Positions 19,706-29,551 of a stretch of 64,000 nucleotides of DNA are shown piece after piece. Position 1 is the stretch's first letter; the number at the start of each line of letters is the position of its first letter. The stretch comes from a virus: positions 16,754 to 80,753 of the IMG/VR virus record IMGVR_UViG_3300026531_000001; one strand, 5' to 3'. The notes beneath the pieces were generated by a model that made no database searches, had not been told where the DNA came from, and was given only the letters and a program-made list of their open reading frames with translations. Made by a program: the position numbers and the translations under genes.

Positions 19706-20779
19706 TTAAACGCGGAGCGGTACCACAATAGCCCAGGAAGTTTGCCCCTTTACCAGCGAGGGCGTTGCGGCGCCGCTGAGCTGAATGGTTACCACGTCGT
19801 TCTCCTCGGTTTCCAAATGCTGCAGGGCCTCGAGCATGTAATGCAGGTTGTAAATGGCAGTGATGGGCTCGCCGTGGGACTCCTCGAGCAGCACCTGATC
19901 CTGAGCCCGACCATAGTCGCCTTCGGCCGTGATGCGAACCGCCCGCGAGTCGAACTCGAGGTCAACCCGCGCGGTCTGACGATCCACCAGCGGCGTCATG
20001 CGCTTGAGCGCCGCGATCAGGTCGCTCCGAACCACCTCGTAGTAGTTCGGATAGTCGGCGGGCACCACGCGCTCATATTCGGGGAACTGGCCCTCCATGA
20101 GCGCGGCGACAAAACGCACACCATCCCAGGTCAGGTGCATATGCCCGCGCCCGAATGCCACCTCAATCAGCTCATCACCATCGGGCAAGAGCTTGGCCAT
20201 GAGGTCCAACGCCTTTCGCGGGACCACCCATGCTTGCTCTCGCTCGCCGTCTCGGTCAGGGGTGTCGTAAACCGCCAGCCGGAACCCGTCGGACGCTACC
20301 GCGCGCAGCCCTGTTTCGTACTTCTCGAACTGGACACCGCGGAAAATGGCGCGGTAATCCTCGCTGCTCGCGGCATAGCGCACGGCCAAGGCCGCCCGCA
20401 GTTGGCTGGCCATTGTCTTGAAGCGCGCGTCTTCCTTGTCGGGATCGAGGGCTGCCGGAAAATCCGCAGGATCCGCTGTGTGGAACTGAGCGCGCGCAGA
20501 ACCGCTACGCACCGCCAGCACATGCTGCTCAGCATCGAACTCGATATGCGGATCAGCCAAGCCAGAAATGAAGCGGTGGAAGCCCTCAACAGGCACTAGC
20601 CGGGGCTCTGGCATATCTAGCTCCGACTCGAGCCTGATAGTCAGATCCACCTCACCATTTGATGCGCGCCCTACCAGCTCCCCATCCCTTCCGCCCAGCC
20701 AGATGTGCGTCAAGACCGGGTTTGCGGAACGCGATGGGGCAATGCCCGCCAGATGTCCTATCGCCTCTTTCAGTTTCAT
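19706..20779 (-). CDS. dnaN: DNA polymerase III beta sliding clamp
   Basis: PVLTHI, ASDGFRLA, EGQFPEYERVVP, YNLHYMLEAL and C-terminal IVVPLRV; 357 aa. Confidence 0.92.
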   Translation of the reverse strand: MKLKEAIGHLAGIAPSRSANPVLTHIWLGGRDGELVGRASNGEVDLTIRLESELDMPEPRLVPVEGFHRFISGLADPHIEFDAEQHVLAVRSGSARAQFHTADPADFPAALDPDKEDARFKTMASQLRAALAVRYAASSEDYRAIFRGVQFEKYETGLRAVASDGFRLAVYDTPDRDGEREQAWVVPRKALDLMAKLLPDGDELIEVAFGRGHMHLTWDGVRFVAALMEGQFPEYERVVPADYPNYYEVVRSDLIAALKRMTPLVDRQTARVDLEFDSRAVRITAEGDYGRAQDQVLLEESHGEPITAIYNLHYMLEALQHLETEENDVVTIQLSGAATPSLVKGQTSWAIVVPLRV

Positions 20780-21021
20780 CTTTCCCCCCTGTAGACATAC
20801 CGTTTGAACCCTGCTATTTCGTTCGCTGGCCGGAGCCTGTCACCATCGGCAACGATCCCGATACCGTGACTGCCCTCGAACTGCCACACCACCACCGGGC
20901 GGATTGTGCCGTTCTCATATACGGCGCGCCACCCGGATGCGGGAATGCGCTGAATGAACGCAGCCATTTCCGCAGGAGGCCCCGAAAGGCCTGGCGTCTT
21001 TGCCATTTCTGGCGTCTTCAT
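20776..21021 (-). CDS. Hypothetical protein
   Basis: ATGA-coupled on both sides. Confidence 0.55.
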   Translation of the reverse strand: MKTPEMAKTPGLSGPPAEMAAFIQRIPASGWRAVYENGTIRPVVVWQFEGSHGIGIVADGDRLRPANEIAGFKRYVYRGER

Positions 21022-21221
21022 ACGGCACCCCCTCTGTGTTCATGCATGAGCGAAACCGCCAGCACCCCCACGAACGCCAAGAGCACGAGTGGACCGAGTA
21101 CGGCATACACGATCCACCACCCCCAATGCACCCGGCTCTCGAACGTCAGCTTGACCAGCGCCAAGGAGACCACGCCGGTGAGCGCCCACGCGGCTCCGTA
21201 GATGAGGTTTAGGTCGTGCAT
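21018..21221 (-). CDS. Small two-TM membrane protein
   Basis: Two hydrophobic segments; leaderless behind TTGACT-N18-TAGACT. Confidence 0.55.
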   Translation of the reverse strand: MHDLNLIYGAAWALTGVVSLALVKLTFESRVHWGWWIVYAVLGPLVLLAFVGVLAVSLMHEHRGGAV

Positions 21222-21222
21222 G

Positions 21223-21240
21223 TGTCTAGTCTATCGGACA
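21223..21240 (-). promoter_or_regulatory. Repressor operator over -10 (dnaN operon)
   Basis: TGTCC-GATAGACT-AGACA on the minus strand. Confidence 0.75.
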
Positions 21241-21280
21241 CGTGAAACAGCAGTCAAGCTGCGTGGCTTGTCTGTCTGTC

Positions 21281-21760
21281 CTACCACCGCTTCCAGGCCG
21301 TCCAGCGGCGCCGGCGCTCCGGTGTGGGCGTGGAGGGGTTTGGCACCAGCGCCTCCCCCAGCCGGCGATACCAACGACGCGCGGCCCGACGCATGCGGTG
21401 ATGGAGGCTCCGGGCGTAACCGCGCATCCTCTTGCGGGCCCGAATCGCCAGCCACCCGCAGCGCTCGCGCAGGGCCGCCGCCAGTTTCGCAGCCCGGGCC
21501 ATGCGGCGCCGCAGCCCCCACGGCAATGAGCCAGGCACGGTGTACCCGTTCTTCAGGCCCACTTGGTACCAACGGCGGTAGCGCGCGTTGTGCCGGACCG
21601 CCCAACGGTAGGCGATCCGCGCCAGGGGTGCCGGCAGCGTGCCCGTGATGCGCTCGAAACGCCACGACCCACCCGCATAGCGCGGGGGCAGGATACCGAT
21701 CACCTGGGCGGTCAGCACCAGCTGCCGCCGACCAGTATGTGGGTCTTTCCAGATGTACAT
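21281..21760 (-). CDS. Arg/Trp-rich hypothetical protein
   Basis: AAGGA RBS; lies in the cro operon. Confidence 0.5.
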   Translation of the reverse strand: MYIWKDPHTGRRQLVLTAQVIGILPPRYAGGSWRFERITGTLPAPLARIAYRWAVRHNARYRRWYQVGLKNGYTVPGSLPWGLRRRMARAAKLAAALRERCGWLAIRARKRMRGYARSLHHRMRRAARRWYRRLGEALVPNPSTPTPERRRRWTAWKRW

Positions 21761-21792
21761 GCAATCCTTCTTTCTGGCTTGCTCATCTCTCC

Positions 21793-22008
21793 CTATAGAC
21801 GTATGTCCAGGGCCTCTGCCAAGCCGATGATGTGATGCAGCACTCGCTCCCCCTTCGGGGTTAGGCGGTCAGCCTCCACTAGACCCTCTTCTTCCCAGAG
21901 GAGCCACATAATAGGCGGGCTGACTAAAGTACCGGCACGGGCCGCGAGCAGATACGGCAGCCCATTCGCCAAATCGAGGCGTTGAATGAGGTCCAGGAGC
22001 TCCTTCAT
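21793..22008 (-). CDS. Hypothetical winged-helix-like protein
   Basis: EEGLVEADRLTPKG; ATGA-coupled. Confidence 0.5.
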   Translation of the reverse strand: MKELLDLIQRLDLANGLPYLLAARAGTLVSPPIMWLLWEEEGLVEADRLTPKGERVLHHIIGLAEALDIRL

Positions 22009-22652
22009 ACCGCCTCCAAGTAGTGGGCCCGCTCCGGAAACATGGCGCGCAGAACGGGCTCGGCTACGCGCTGGTAGGCCGTAATCCCCAACGCGCGCAG
22101 CGCTTTGCGCAAGGTCTCTTCACGCACGTCTAGCGCATCGGCGGCAGCGTGCATCGGCAACGTCCGCGGTAGGGGCTCGAGTAGCCGATACATGAGGTTG
22201 CTACGGCTCCACCGCGCCGGAACAACGGCACCATGCTCTGGAATGATGACCTCGTCTACACCGCCTTCCACCTCACGGTGGCGGCGAATGCCGTTGTAGC
22301 GCTCGCCCCCGTATCCGATGACCACCACCTGATCACCCGGGCGCGGTATGAAGCTCATACCAAACTCGCGCAGGTAGTAGTAAATCTTTGACGCCGGAAT
22401 GTCGAGGTCGCGCTCAACTTCCTCAACGGTGCGCCCATCACGCCGCAGCAAGGCGTTAATGAGGTGCGCTCGGGCGGGGACGGACGACCACCATATTGTG
22501 GCTGCATGGTTGTCCTCACGCGGGCGTTCAGCACGAATAAACCCCACCGATTCGGCGTAGGTGGGGCGCTGTTTGACTACAAAGTCGGCCACATCGGGAT
22601 TGCGCTCAGGATCCCGCCACTCACCCCAAGGGTCCAGATCCCTAGGTAGCAT
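22005..22652 (-). CDS. Protein with two HTH-like motifs
   Basis: TVEEVERDLDIPASKIYYYL and MHAAADALDVREETLRKAL. Confidence 0.6.
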   Translation of the reverse strand: MLPRDLDPWGEWRDPERNPDVADFVVKQRPTYAESVGFIRAERPREDNHAATIWWSSVPARAHLINALLRRDGRTVEEVERDLDIPASKIYYYLREFGMSFIPRPGDQVVVIGYGGERYNGIRRHREVEGGVDEVIIPEHGAVVPARWSRSNLMYRLLEPLPRTLPMHAAADALDVREETLRKALRALGITAYQRVAEPVLRAMFPERAHYLEAV

Positions 22653-22863
22653 CCGCCCCCCTGAGAGCCCTTTGCAGCTTGAGCAGCGTACTGCCCCTAG
22701 CCCGCTTCAGTGCGTCGGGGCTGCTCCGGTACTGATACAAGGTCGAGCGCCCGATACCGGTTTGCGCCGCCAGCGCGTCAACCTCTGCGCCATCCATGGC
22801 AGCCAAAGCCCTATAAATCGCCCCCAGGCGGATTGTGTCGTCATTGGAAGTCTGCTGCTTCAT
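22642..22863 (-). CDS. Cro-like HTH repressor
   Basis: VDALAAQTGIGRSTLYQY HTH; divergent from the cI-like gene; leaderless behind TTGCCC-N17-TAAAAT. Confidence 0.7.
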   Translation of the reverse strand: MKQQTSNDDTIRLGAIYRALAAMDGAEVDALAAQTGIGRSTLYQYRSSPDALKRARGSTLLKLQRALRGADAT

Positions 22864-22864
22864 G

Positions 22865-22882
22865 TGTCTTATTTTACAGACA
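22865..22882 (-). promoter_or_regulatory. Repressor operator over -10 (cro promoter)
   Basis: TGTCT-GTAAAATA-AGACA on the minus strand. Confidence 0.75.
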
Positions 22883-22995
22883 GACAGACAGGCGGGCAAG
22901 ATGGCCAGCATAGCCATTCGTCTTGAATAATCCGATATACTGGACTAAACTAGTAAACAAGACGCGCGTGAGAGCGCATAGCCAGGGGGGGGCTA

Positions 22996-23628
22996 ATGAC
23001 ACAACGACGACCGCTAGGGCAACTAATACGCGAACGGATGGAGTCGCGCAAGCTCAGTTTGCGCGACGTTGATGCACTCAGCCGGGGTTTGGCCGAAAAA
23101 CAACCAGAGCTGTACGAAAGAATATCGCGGCCGACACTGCATGCGCTCATTCAGGATGAGGGGGCAACGCGAACGCTATCGCCGGCGCGCCTACGCACGC
23201 TTGTAGCGCTCCTATGGGACGGCCACTACGAAGACTTCGTGAGCGAAACGGGCCTCGCCATCGTGGCCCCCGGAGAAGAACCAACGACCGGTCGCGTTGC
23301 GGTTACTGTGCCCGTATATCTCGAGGGCGAATCGGCGGCGGCCGGAGCCCCGAGGCGGGAGGAGCCAACGTACCCATGCGACATGCTCTATGTGGCCACA
23401 TCACGCCGCATCCGCTGCTTGCCTGAGGGCGAACCGGTGGGCGTGCGCGCTACCGACCGCATCGAGAAGGGCGACTTGGTGATCATCGAGCGCTTGGGCA
23501 ACGGCCTCGAGGCGGTGTGGTCCACGGAGTCAGGGTTTGTGTACGATGACGAGCCAGCGGCACCTCCAAAACCGAGCGACCGTGTGGTAGGGGTGGTCGC
23601 ATGGATCGTGCCAAAGCGGACGGAATGA
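22996..23628 (+). CDS. CI-like XRE repressor with degenerate S24-like C-terminal domain
   Basis: LGQLIRERMESRKLSLRDV...ISRPTL HTH; VPVY..AAAG and GDLVII..VVGVV C-terminal fold. Confidence 0.7.
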   Translation: MTQRRPLGQLIRERMESRKLSLRDVDALSRGLAEKQPELYERISRPTLHALIQDEGATRTLSPARLRTLVALLWDGHYEDFVSETGLAIVAPGEEPTTGRVAVTVPVYLEGESAAAGAPRREEPTYPCDMLYVATSRRIRCLPEGEPVGVRATDRIEKGDLVIIERLGNGLEAVWSTESGFVYDDEPAAPPKPSDRVVGVVAWIVPKRTE

Positions 23629-24437
23629 TGATCATCGCCATCGCAGCCGAGAAGGGCGGGGTAGGGAAGACCACCACCGCCGTCAACCTTTCCGCCTACT
23701 TAGCCGAACGCGCAGGCAAAGTGCTACTGGTAGACATGGACTCACAGGGGCAGGCAGGCATGTTCCTGGGGTTCACTACAGAGGGCGAAGACCGTGCGGG
23801 CATGTATGAACTGCTCGTATTTTCGGACCCCCTTTCGCCCATCTATCGCCCCGCAGAAGAACTCATCACACTAAGCGTGCGGCCTGGGCTCGACCTGATC
23901 CCCAACAACCCGCGCATTGCTCAAGCCGAGTTGGAGATCGCCGGGCGCGAGAACAGGCACATGATCCTGGCCGACCGCTTGCGCGAGGTGAGCGACCGGT
24001 ACAAGGCCGTGGTGATTGACGTGGGCCCCACAGTCAACCTGGCCAGCCTGTTGGCCCTGTACGCGGCAGACGCCGTGATCGTGCCCGTAGCTCCCGGTGC
24101 CGCCACGCGCGCGGGTGTAGAGGGGCTCAGGACGCGGCTCAGGGCCATGCGCGACCGGTTGGAGTACGCCCCGGCGCTCATGGGGGTGCTCGCCACCATG
24201 ATTGACCGGCGCGAAAAGCTCTCGCGCAACTTGATCCCAGATCTGCAAGAGAACTACGGTCCCCTCTACGCCGGCCACATCCGCCGCAACGTCCACCTAG
24301 CCGAAGCACCGGAGCGGGGCTTGACCATCTTCGAGTACAAACCCAACTCGCCCGGGGCCATTGACTACATGGCGCTAGGCGACTGGGTGCTCGAGCGCCT
24401 GAACCGCGCGGAGGGAGGAGAGCAGCATGCCCAATAA
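23625..24437 (+). CDS. parA: ParA partition ATPase
   Basis: KGGVGKTT, LLVDMDSQG and VIDVGP motifs. Confidence 0.92.
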   Translation: MMIIAIAAEKGGVGKTTTAVNLSAYLAERAGKVLLVDMDSQGQAGMFLGFTTEGEDRAGMYELLVFSDPLSPIYRPAEELITLSVRPGLDLIPNNPRIAQAELEIAGRENRHMILADRLREVSDRYKAVVIDVGPTVNLASLLALYAADAVIVPVAPGAATRAGVEGLRTRLRAMRDRLEYAPALMGVLATMIDRREKLSRNLIPDLQENYGPLYAGHIRRNVHLAEAPERGLTIFEYKPNSPGAIDYMALGDWVLERLNRAEGGEQHAQ

Positions 24438-24843
24438 ATACCAGTACGAAGGGCTTATGGGCAGCGATGCTGGTAAGCCGACCGGCCCGAAAGGGCAGCT
24501 GCGCCGGGTCGTGTCCTACAAGGTGCCTGAGGATCTGTATACCGAACTAAAGCTCGCCGCGCTGGCCGAAGGACTAACCATTCAGGGTTTCGTCGAACGA
24601 GCCCTTGCCGACTTCTTGCGGGAAATCCGCCGCAAGCCCGACGCCCTGCCACGTTATCTGCGCAACCCGCGCCCCTACGACTCGGTACGCAGCCAGCGGC
24701 TGCCGGTGGAGCTGGTTAACGTCCTGCACGATACGGTAGAGCGGCTGAACAAGCAGCGCAAAGAAAAGATCACGCAGAACAGCGTGATCCTCACGGCCAT
24801 TGAGCGGGCGGTTAGATCCCGCAACGCTACAAAAGCGTCCTAA
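24427..24843 (+). CDS. Tandem ribbon-helix-helix centromere-binding protein (ParG-like)
   Basis: VSYKVPEDLYTELK...IQGFVERAL and SQRLPVELV...QNSVILTAI; follows parA. Confidence 0.65.
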   Translation: MPNKYQYEGLMGSDAGKPTGPKGQLRRVVSYKVPEDLYTELKLAALAEGLTIQGFVERALADFLREIRRKPDALPRYLRNPRPYDSVRSQRLPVELVNVLHDTVERLNKQRKEKITQNSVILTAIERAVRSRNATKAS

Positions 24844-25031
24844 ATCTGAGCCAATAGCTTTCTTACCTTCGCTTGCGCGGCAGGGGGGAGGGTTTGCATT
24901 TTTTTCTGAACTACTTGAACCGCCGCAAGGATGTCAAACGTGGTTAGCTCGTGTGTCAGATGGCCCTCAGTTGCGTTTATCAACTCCCGCGCCTCGCTAG
25001 TTTCGGCTATGTTTATATCTTTCACGTTCAT
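24840..25031 (-). CDS. Small hypothetical protein
   Basis: 63-aa ORF, leaderless behind TACGAT. Confidence 0.45.
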   Translation of the reverse strand: MNVKDINIAETSEARELINATEGHLTHELTTFDILAAVQVVQKKMQTLPPAAQAKVRKLLAQI

Positions 25032-25209
25032 GGCCTAATCGTAGCACCCACTGCATGGGCAATGGGTGCTTTTGGTGCACGAATAATAACAGTCCCGTAA
25101 CAGTCGTTTAGTAACAGCCAGGGCACGGATCCGCCAAAACGTGCGAGAGCATGAGACCTAGAGCCAGTAGAAGGAGTACGGTTGCAGCTACTCGTTTCAT
25201 GGCTGTACC

Positions 25210-26646
25210 CTAGACGCTCTTGTGGACAGAACGCAACACAGGGGCGCGGCCTTCGATCTCATCGAGGACACTAGACCACGCAGACGCCTGCCTGCGGTGC
25301 AATTCGCTGGCCCGGTGGTACATTGCCCGGGCCACCCGGTGCAGCGTTCCCAGGTTCACCACGCGCTCAGGGGAAAGCCCCTCACGCTCGAGGTAACGGC
25401 GGTAGCGAGACACTTGGGCATTGTATGCCTTCGGCAGGTCTTCTGTCGCCCCGCCGGCGGCCTCGAGGAGCATGCGGCGCGTTAGGTTGTCGGGCGCCTT
25501 GATTGTAGACCCGTTACGCACGACCTTGCCTTCGGTCAGAAGCGGCAACGATGCAAAGGCACCGGCCAAATCGGGGTGCGCTTCGGGGTGAATGGATAAC
25601 GCCCCAAGTGCGTCGGGCATATATACCGCCATCGCTCGCAAAACACCGGTAGCCGACACTAGTTCGCCCATGGCATCATTAGCGGTATATATCACCTGCA
25701 GCGGGTCATACGGCGTGAACGCATCGCCGCCCACGGCACCGAAGGCAACGAGTGCGACCCCAGCCCAGAAGATGCGCTGGTCGGGGTAGGCCGGCGGTTT
25801 TTCGCCGATGTGCCGTACGGCCGCGCTGGGATGCCCACGGCGGATCATCCCGTAGGCGCGCAACACACGGGCATAGTCGTGATAGGGGGGTGTTTCGATC
25901 AGCCCCGGCATAAACGACCGGTCAAGAAGCGCACGCGCTAGTCGTTCCTGGTGGCTGTCTCCCTCCGGGGGTTCGATTCCTTCGATACACGCTAGCGCAC
26001 CAGCCAAGGCGCGGATCGGCGGGTCTTCGTTTGCGTCGCGATATGCGCGCTCATAATCCCCGCGACCGAGCCGCATCTCAACCAAGGTTCGTAACCCCCA
26101 GCTACGCAGTCGCGGGTGCTTGCTGCGCAACTCAGCCCATACCCTGGCCATGGCGTCGGGGTCAGGTGCTCCCATCAGACCCCGAATGCGCAGTTCGTCT
26201 GCTCGCAGCATCGGCATGCGCTGCGTGAGCCGCAGCACTCGAGCTATATACGACGCCACGAAGTAGTAACCAAGTGCCTCATAGAAGCGTTTAAGTTCAG
26301 TGGCCGCCAACCCGCGCGCCACGGCATCGTACATGGAGTCTTCGAGCTCGAGGGGGGTCAATACGTCTACCGGGGCCGGCTCAGACGCTAGCACGCGCTC
26401 ATACGCCCCGACACCCACCCGGGCCAACCGCCGGAGCCCATAAGCCGGCGGCCCTTCGGCCGGATCGAGTTCGTGAAGGGCATCGTAAAAGCGCCCTTCG
26501 CGCATTAGCAATATGGCGCGGCGAGCACGCACGATTGAGTCGTTGTGGTCAAACCCGTCTAAGTCGCTCAGTTTGAGCGTGTACCCGATAGCGTCCCAGC
26601 GGGCAGGATCTTGCAAGTCGTCATAAGTTATCGCTGCTACTGCCAT
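25210..26646 (-). CDS. Alpha-helical (TPR-like) protein of unknown function, 478 aa
   Basis: Helical repeat-like composition; coupled to the DnaC-like gene. Confidence 0.55.
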   Translation of the reverse strand: MAVAAITYDDLQDPARWDAIGYTLKLSDLDGFDHNDSIVRARRAILLMREGRFYDALHELDPAEGPPAYGLRRLARVGVGAYERVLASEPAPVDVLTPLELEDSMYDAVARGLAATELKRFYEALGYYFVASYIARVLRLTQRMPMLRADELRIRGLMGAPDPDAMARVWAELRSKHPRLRSWGLRTLVEMRLGRGDYERAYRDANEDPPIRALAGALACIEGIEPPEGDSHQERLARALLDRSFMPGLIETPPYHDYARVLRAYGMIRRGHPSAAVRHIGEKPPAYPDQRIFWAGVALVAFGAVGGDAFTPYDPLQVIYTANDAMGELVSATGVLRAMAVYMPDALGALSIHPEAHPDLAGAFASLPLLTEGKVVRNGSTIKAPDNLTRRMLLEAAGGATEDLPKAYNAQVSRYRRYLEREGLSPERVVNLGTLHRVARAMYHRASELHRRQASAWSSVLDEIEGRAPVLRSVHKSV

Positions 26647-27422
26647 ACTGTGATCTCACGCTCCCTGAAGTTTTTACCATGTTTGAACGCCAAAACCACT
26701 ACGGGCTTGAGACGATCCCATATCCGCCCCCCAAGGTACTGCTCGAGGGAGCCGCTGCGGGTGCTTTTTGCACCAACCGGCAAGTTGGTGGTGATGAGCG
26801 TGGGGCGCTGTGCCTGGTTGCGCGCCTCGAGCGCTAGGTAGAGCAGGCGCCGCTCGAGTTCCGCATTGCGCGTTTCGCCGGCCCCCACATCATCGAGGAG
26901 CAGCAGGTCAGGGGCGCTCATGAGCCGTATGGCCTCATTTTCGGAAATGCCCTTCCCACCATTCCAGGTCGAGCGCACCTCAACCCCCAAACGACCAATA
27001 TTGACCACGCGCGCCTCATAACCTGCGCGCACCGCCGCCTTTATCAAGAGCAGCGCGCTTTGCGTTTTTCCTGATCCGACGGGACCCGTGAACACAGCCG
27101 ATTCGCCCCGCTGGATCAGATCGCCGACCTTTTCGGCTACCCGCCGTATCTTCGGTAGCGGCGGCACCATTTCCAGGTCGTCCCACTCGATTTCTAAGTA
27201 ACGTTCAGCGATGCCTGCATTCTGCAAACGGCGTTTGAGCATGGCCTCTGCCTTGCGCGCTTGGCAAATGGGGCAAACCACCCATTGGCCCTCTTCGTTC
27301 TCAATCATGCCGTCAGAACATACGTGGTCGCTCTCGGGCGGCTGTGTTTGTTGTACCGTTCGAGTTTTTAGCTCGGCCAGGAAGGGGTTGATCGTTTCCG
27401 CCGCGCGCTTCGCCTCACCCAT
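26637..27422 (-). CDS. DnaC/IstB-like AAA+ helicase loader
   Basis: CPIC, GPVGSGKT, LLLLDDVG and TLITTNL motifs; GGAG RBS. Confidence 0.85.
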   Translation of the reverse strand: MGEAKRAAETINPFLAELKTRTVQQTQPPESDHVCSDGMIENEEGQWVVCPICQARKAEAMLKRRLQNAGIAERYLEIEWDDLEMVPPLPKIRRVAEKVGDLIQRGESAVFTGPVGSGKTQSALLLIKAAVRAGYEARVVNIGRLGVEVRSTWNGGKGISENEAIRLMSAPDLLLLDDVGAGETRNAELERRLLYLALEARNQAQRPTLITTNLPVGAKSTRSGSLEQYLGGRIWDRLKPVVVLAFKHGKNFREREITVWQ

Positions 27423-27423
27423 G

Positions 27424-28470
27424 TCACTCCTCCTCGATGTAAACGCCCCGCATGTCCACATCTACGCCGTCGGAGGCGGCGGCAGGAGCCACGACCGCCC
27501 CCGATCGTCGAACCCGGCGGCCCGATTTCGGATCGTCACGAACGACGCTGATGATCCAGGAAAACGGGTGCTGCACGTCAGGCGCGAGCGCCAAACGCTC
27601 GACTGCGGTTTTTACCCTCTCGGCGCCGTCGTCATAGTCCGCAACGACGCGCGAGAGCTGATCCAGCCAGTCATGCCATGCACGCGCCGAGCGCGCCTCG
27701 CGGCGGAGCGCCTTTAAGCCATCCCAGGCATCCGCTTCGAGCAGGGCGGCCAACATCTGAGCGCGAAGTTCTGGCGCGCCGCGCAGCGCATCATGGAGTA
27801 CGCGGTCGGCCATCGCCTCCGGGCGCGCGAAGGCGGCGCGGAACGTTTGAATCGCCGCCAAGGGTTCGCGCGCGCTCCCGTGGTGGGAACCCTGCGCCCC
27901 TGGGTCGGGTTGAGCGGGCGTGTCCCTCGATGTTTCATGAGCTGGATGAGTGGAGGTAACATCTTCTTCTTCTTCTTCCTTTGTCTTTTTCTCTAGGTCT
28001 TTTTCTATTTGTTTTTTTCGGCCGGGATTTTGGGCCTGTTTTTCCCGTCCAGCACGCGCGCTGTCATGCGCACCATAGGTCTCTCTCTGAGACCCATTAG
28101 GTCTCTCTCTGAGACCTATGGGGTCTCTGTGTGATACGTATCCCCCTGATACGTCTCTCTCTGAGACCTGTTTCACGGTTGGAGTTTGGAGGATTTGATA
28201 GACGTTCCGCTTCCCGTCGCGCCAACGGGACACATAGCCGTGCTCTTCAAGTTGCTTCAGGGCGCGGAACACGGCCGCTCGGCTGATGCCCGTCAAGCGC
28301 TCAATGGTTTCGATTTTCGGCCATGCCTGGCGGTCTCGATCCGAGAACCGGAGCAGGACGATGTATACCACCGCAGCATGCGGGCCCATTTGCGCCAGGT
28401 GGCCATGGTCTACGAAGTCGTTGGGGGCCCACCAAAACCCGCGTGTCCTGCCATCCTCAAGCCGATCCAT
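27424..28470 (-). CDS. Replication initiator protein (N-terminal HTH, lambda O-like layout)
   Basis: VYIVLLRF...AWPKIETIERLTGISRAAVFRALKQLEEHGYV; internal iterons; upstream of the loader. Confidence 0.8.
   Translation of the reverse strand: MDRLEDGRTRGFWWAPNDFVDHGHLAQMGPHAAVVYIVLLRFSDRDRQAWPKIETIERLTGISRAAVFRALKQLEEHGYVSRWRDGKRNVYQILQTPTVKQVSERDVSGGYVSHRDPIGLRERPNGSQRETYGAHDSARAGREKQAQNPGRKKQIEKDLEKKTKEEEEEDVTSTHPAHETSRDTPAQPDPGAQGSHHGSAREPLAAIQTFRAAFARPEAMADRVLHDALRGAPELRAQMLAALLEADAWDGLKALRREARSARAWHDWLDQLSRVVADYDDGAERVKTAVERLALAPDVQHPFSWIISVVRDDPKSGRRVRRSGAVVAPAAASDGVDVDMRGVYIEEE
27961..28168. repeat. Putative replication origin: iterons plus AT-rich tract inside rep
   Basis: GGTCTCTCTCTGAGACC at 28078 and 28100, degenerate copy at 28122, near-perfect copy at 28153; T-rich run 27961-28041. 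Confidence 0.75.
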
Positions 28471-28471
28471 G

Positions 28472-28915
28472 TCACGCCCCCAGTTCGTCCCACCGCAAGC
28501 GGCCGTTGGCAACGAGCTCAGCCGCGTCAACGAGGGCCCAGATTTCCGCCGAGGACAGCGCGCGAATGCCATCCGCTGGAACGGAAATATCCCCGCGCTC
28601 AGCAGCTTCGATGAGGATGTGCGGCGCGACTGCTAGGGCCTCAGGGAGATCGAGGATTGGGTTAGCGACGAGGACGCGCCCCATTTGTTCGAGCGCGTCC
28701 TGCGAAAAACGGCCGACCAGCTCGCGGCGACCGGTTTCGAGGAGGGCGTAGTAGCGCCCGAGGTCGCGCCGCGCAACGGCCGAATAGCCGCTATCGGCGG
28801 TCGTTCGCAGTTCGATGTCGGGGCCAGGCCGCACGCTGGTGATGCGCACAGCGGCCGTCGGGACGCGCCTAGCTGGAGCGGTTGTATCTTTCGGTGATTT
28901 GTGCGTCGTCTCCAT
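28472..28915 (-). CDS. Putative RHH-type regulator heading the rep operon
   Basis: Paralog of 18375; promoter TTGACA-N18-TAGACT. Confidence 0.6.
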   Translation of the reverse strand: METTHKSPKDTTAPARRVPTAAVRITSVRPGPDIELRTTADSGYSAVARRDLGRYYALLETGRRELVGRFSQDALEQMGRVLVANPILDLPEALAVAPHILIEAAERGDISVPADGIRALSSAEIWALVDAAELVANGRLRWDELGA

Positions 28916-29013
28916 TTCGAGACCAGTCTATGCACATGCCTAGGCGTCTGTCAACCCCGCGTCAAATGCTTGCAATCCAGAGTAGTGGACGGTAGATTGA
29001 AGGAGGGGGTCGA

Positions 29014-29424
29014 ATGGACAGACAAACAAGCAGCCAAGCAAGCAAGATTGGCCCGTACCCGAGACTGCGCGGAGGGCGGCAGCTATTTACGCGCGACGGG
29101 GAAACGCTTCTTGTCGAAGACGATCTGCCGCGGGCGCTCTATGTTGTTTCTGTTGGTGCGGACGGGGAAAATGCACGTATTCTCTCAGGGCCCTTTAGCG
29201 AAGAGCGGCGTGCCATTTACCGCGCGCTACTTGATGAGAGCTTTCTTGGCATTAGCGGAGTGGCCATTCTCGACCTGCGTGAACACGATGCGGAAGGGAA
29301 CCCGATAGACTGGGTGGATCCAGAACAGGAGGCTAGGCGGCGTGCAATAGAGCGCGACCTTGATCGGGGCTCATGGGCGGAGGGCGACTATTGGCAACTA
29401 GTCGAAGCGGGGGAGATAGCATAA
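29014..29424 (+). CDS. Hypothetical protein
   Basis: AAGGAGG RBS; TTGCAA-N17-TAGATT promoter. Confidence 0.6.
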   Translation: MDRQTSSQASKIGPYPRLRGGRQLFTRDGETLLVEDDLPRALYVVSVGADGENARILSGPFSEERRAIYRALLDESFLGISGVAILDLREHDAEGNPIDWVDPEQEARRRAIERDLDRGSWAEGDYWQLVEAGEIA

Positions 29425-29515
29425 TCTGATAATCCCTCTTATCGTCAGACGGCACCACTAGATACGTTGAATGCAATAAAGCCCCGGTGCAATAGGCGCG
29501 ACAGGGGACACAGAG

Positions 29516-29547
29516 GAAGCAGGGCCTGAAATACCCGGCCCTGCTTC
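29516..29547 (-). terminator. Terminator of the tRNA operon
   Basis: GAAGCAGGGCC...GGCCCTGCTTC hairpin just 3' of tRNA-Met. Confidence 0.65.
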
Positions 29548-29551
29548 GTTT

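Noticed and set aside
28078-28168. Mini CRISPR array
   Set aside because: 17-bp units with about 5-nt gaps inside the rep gene fit iterons; no cas genes or spacer-sized intervals.
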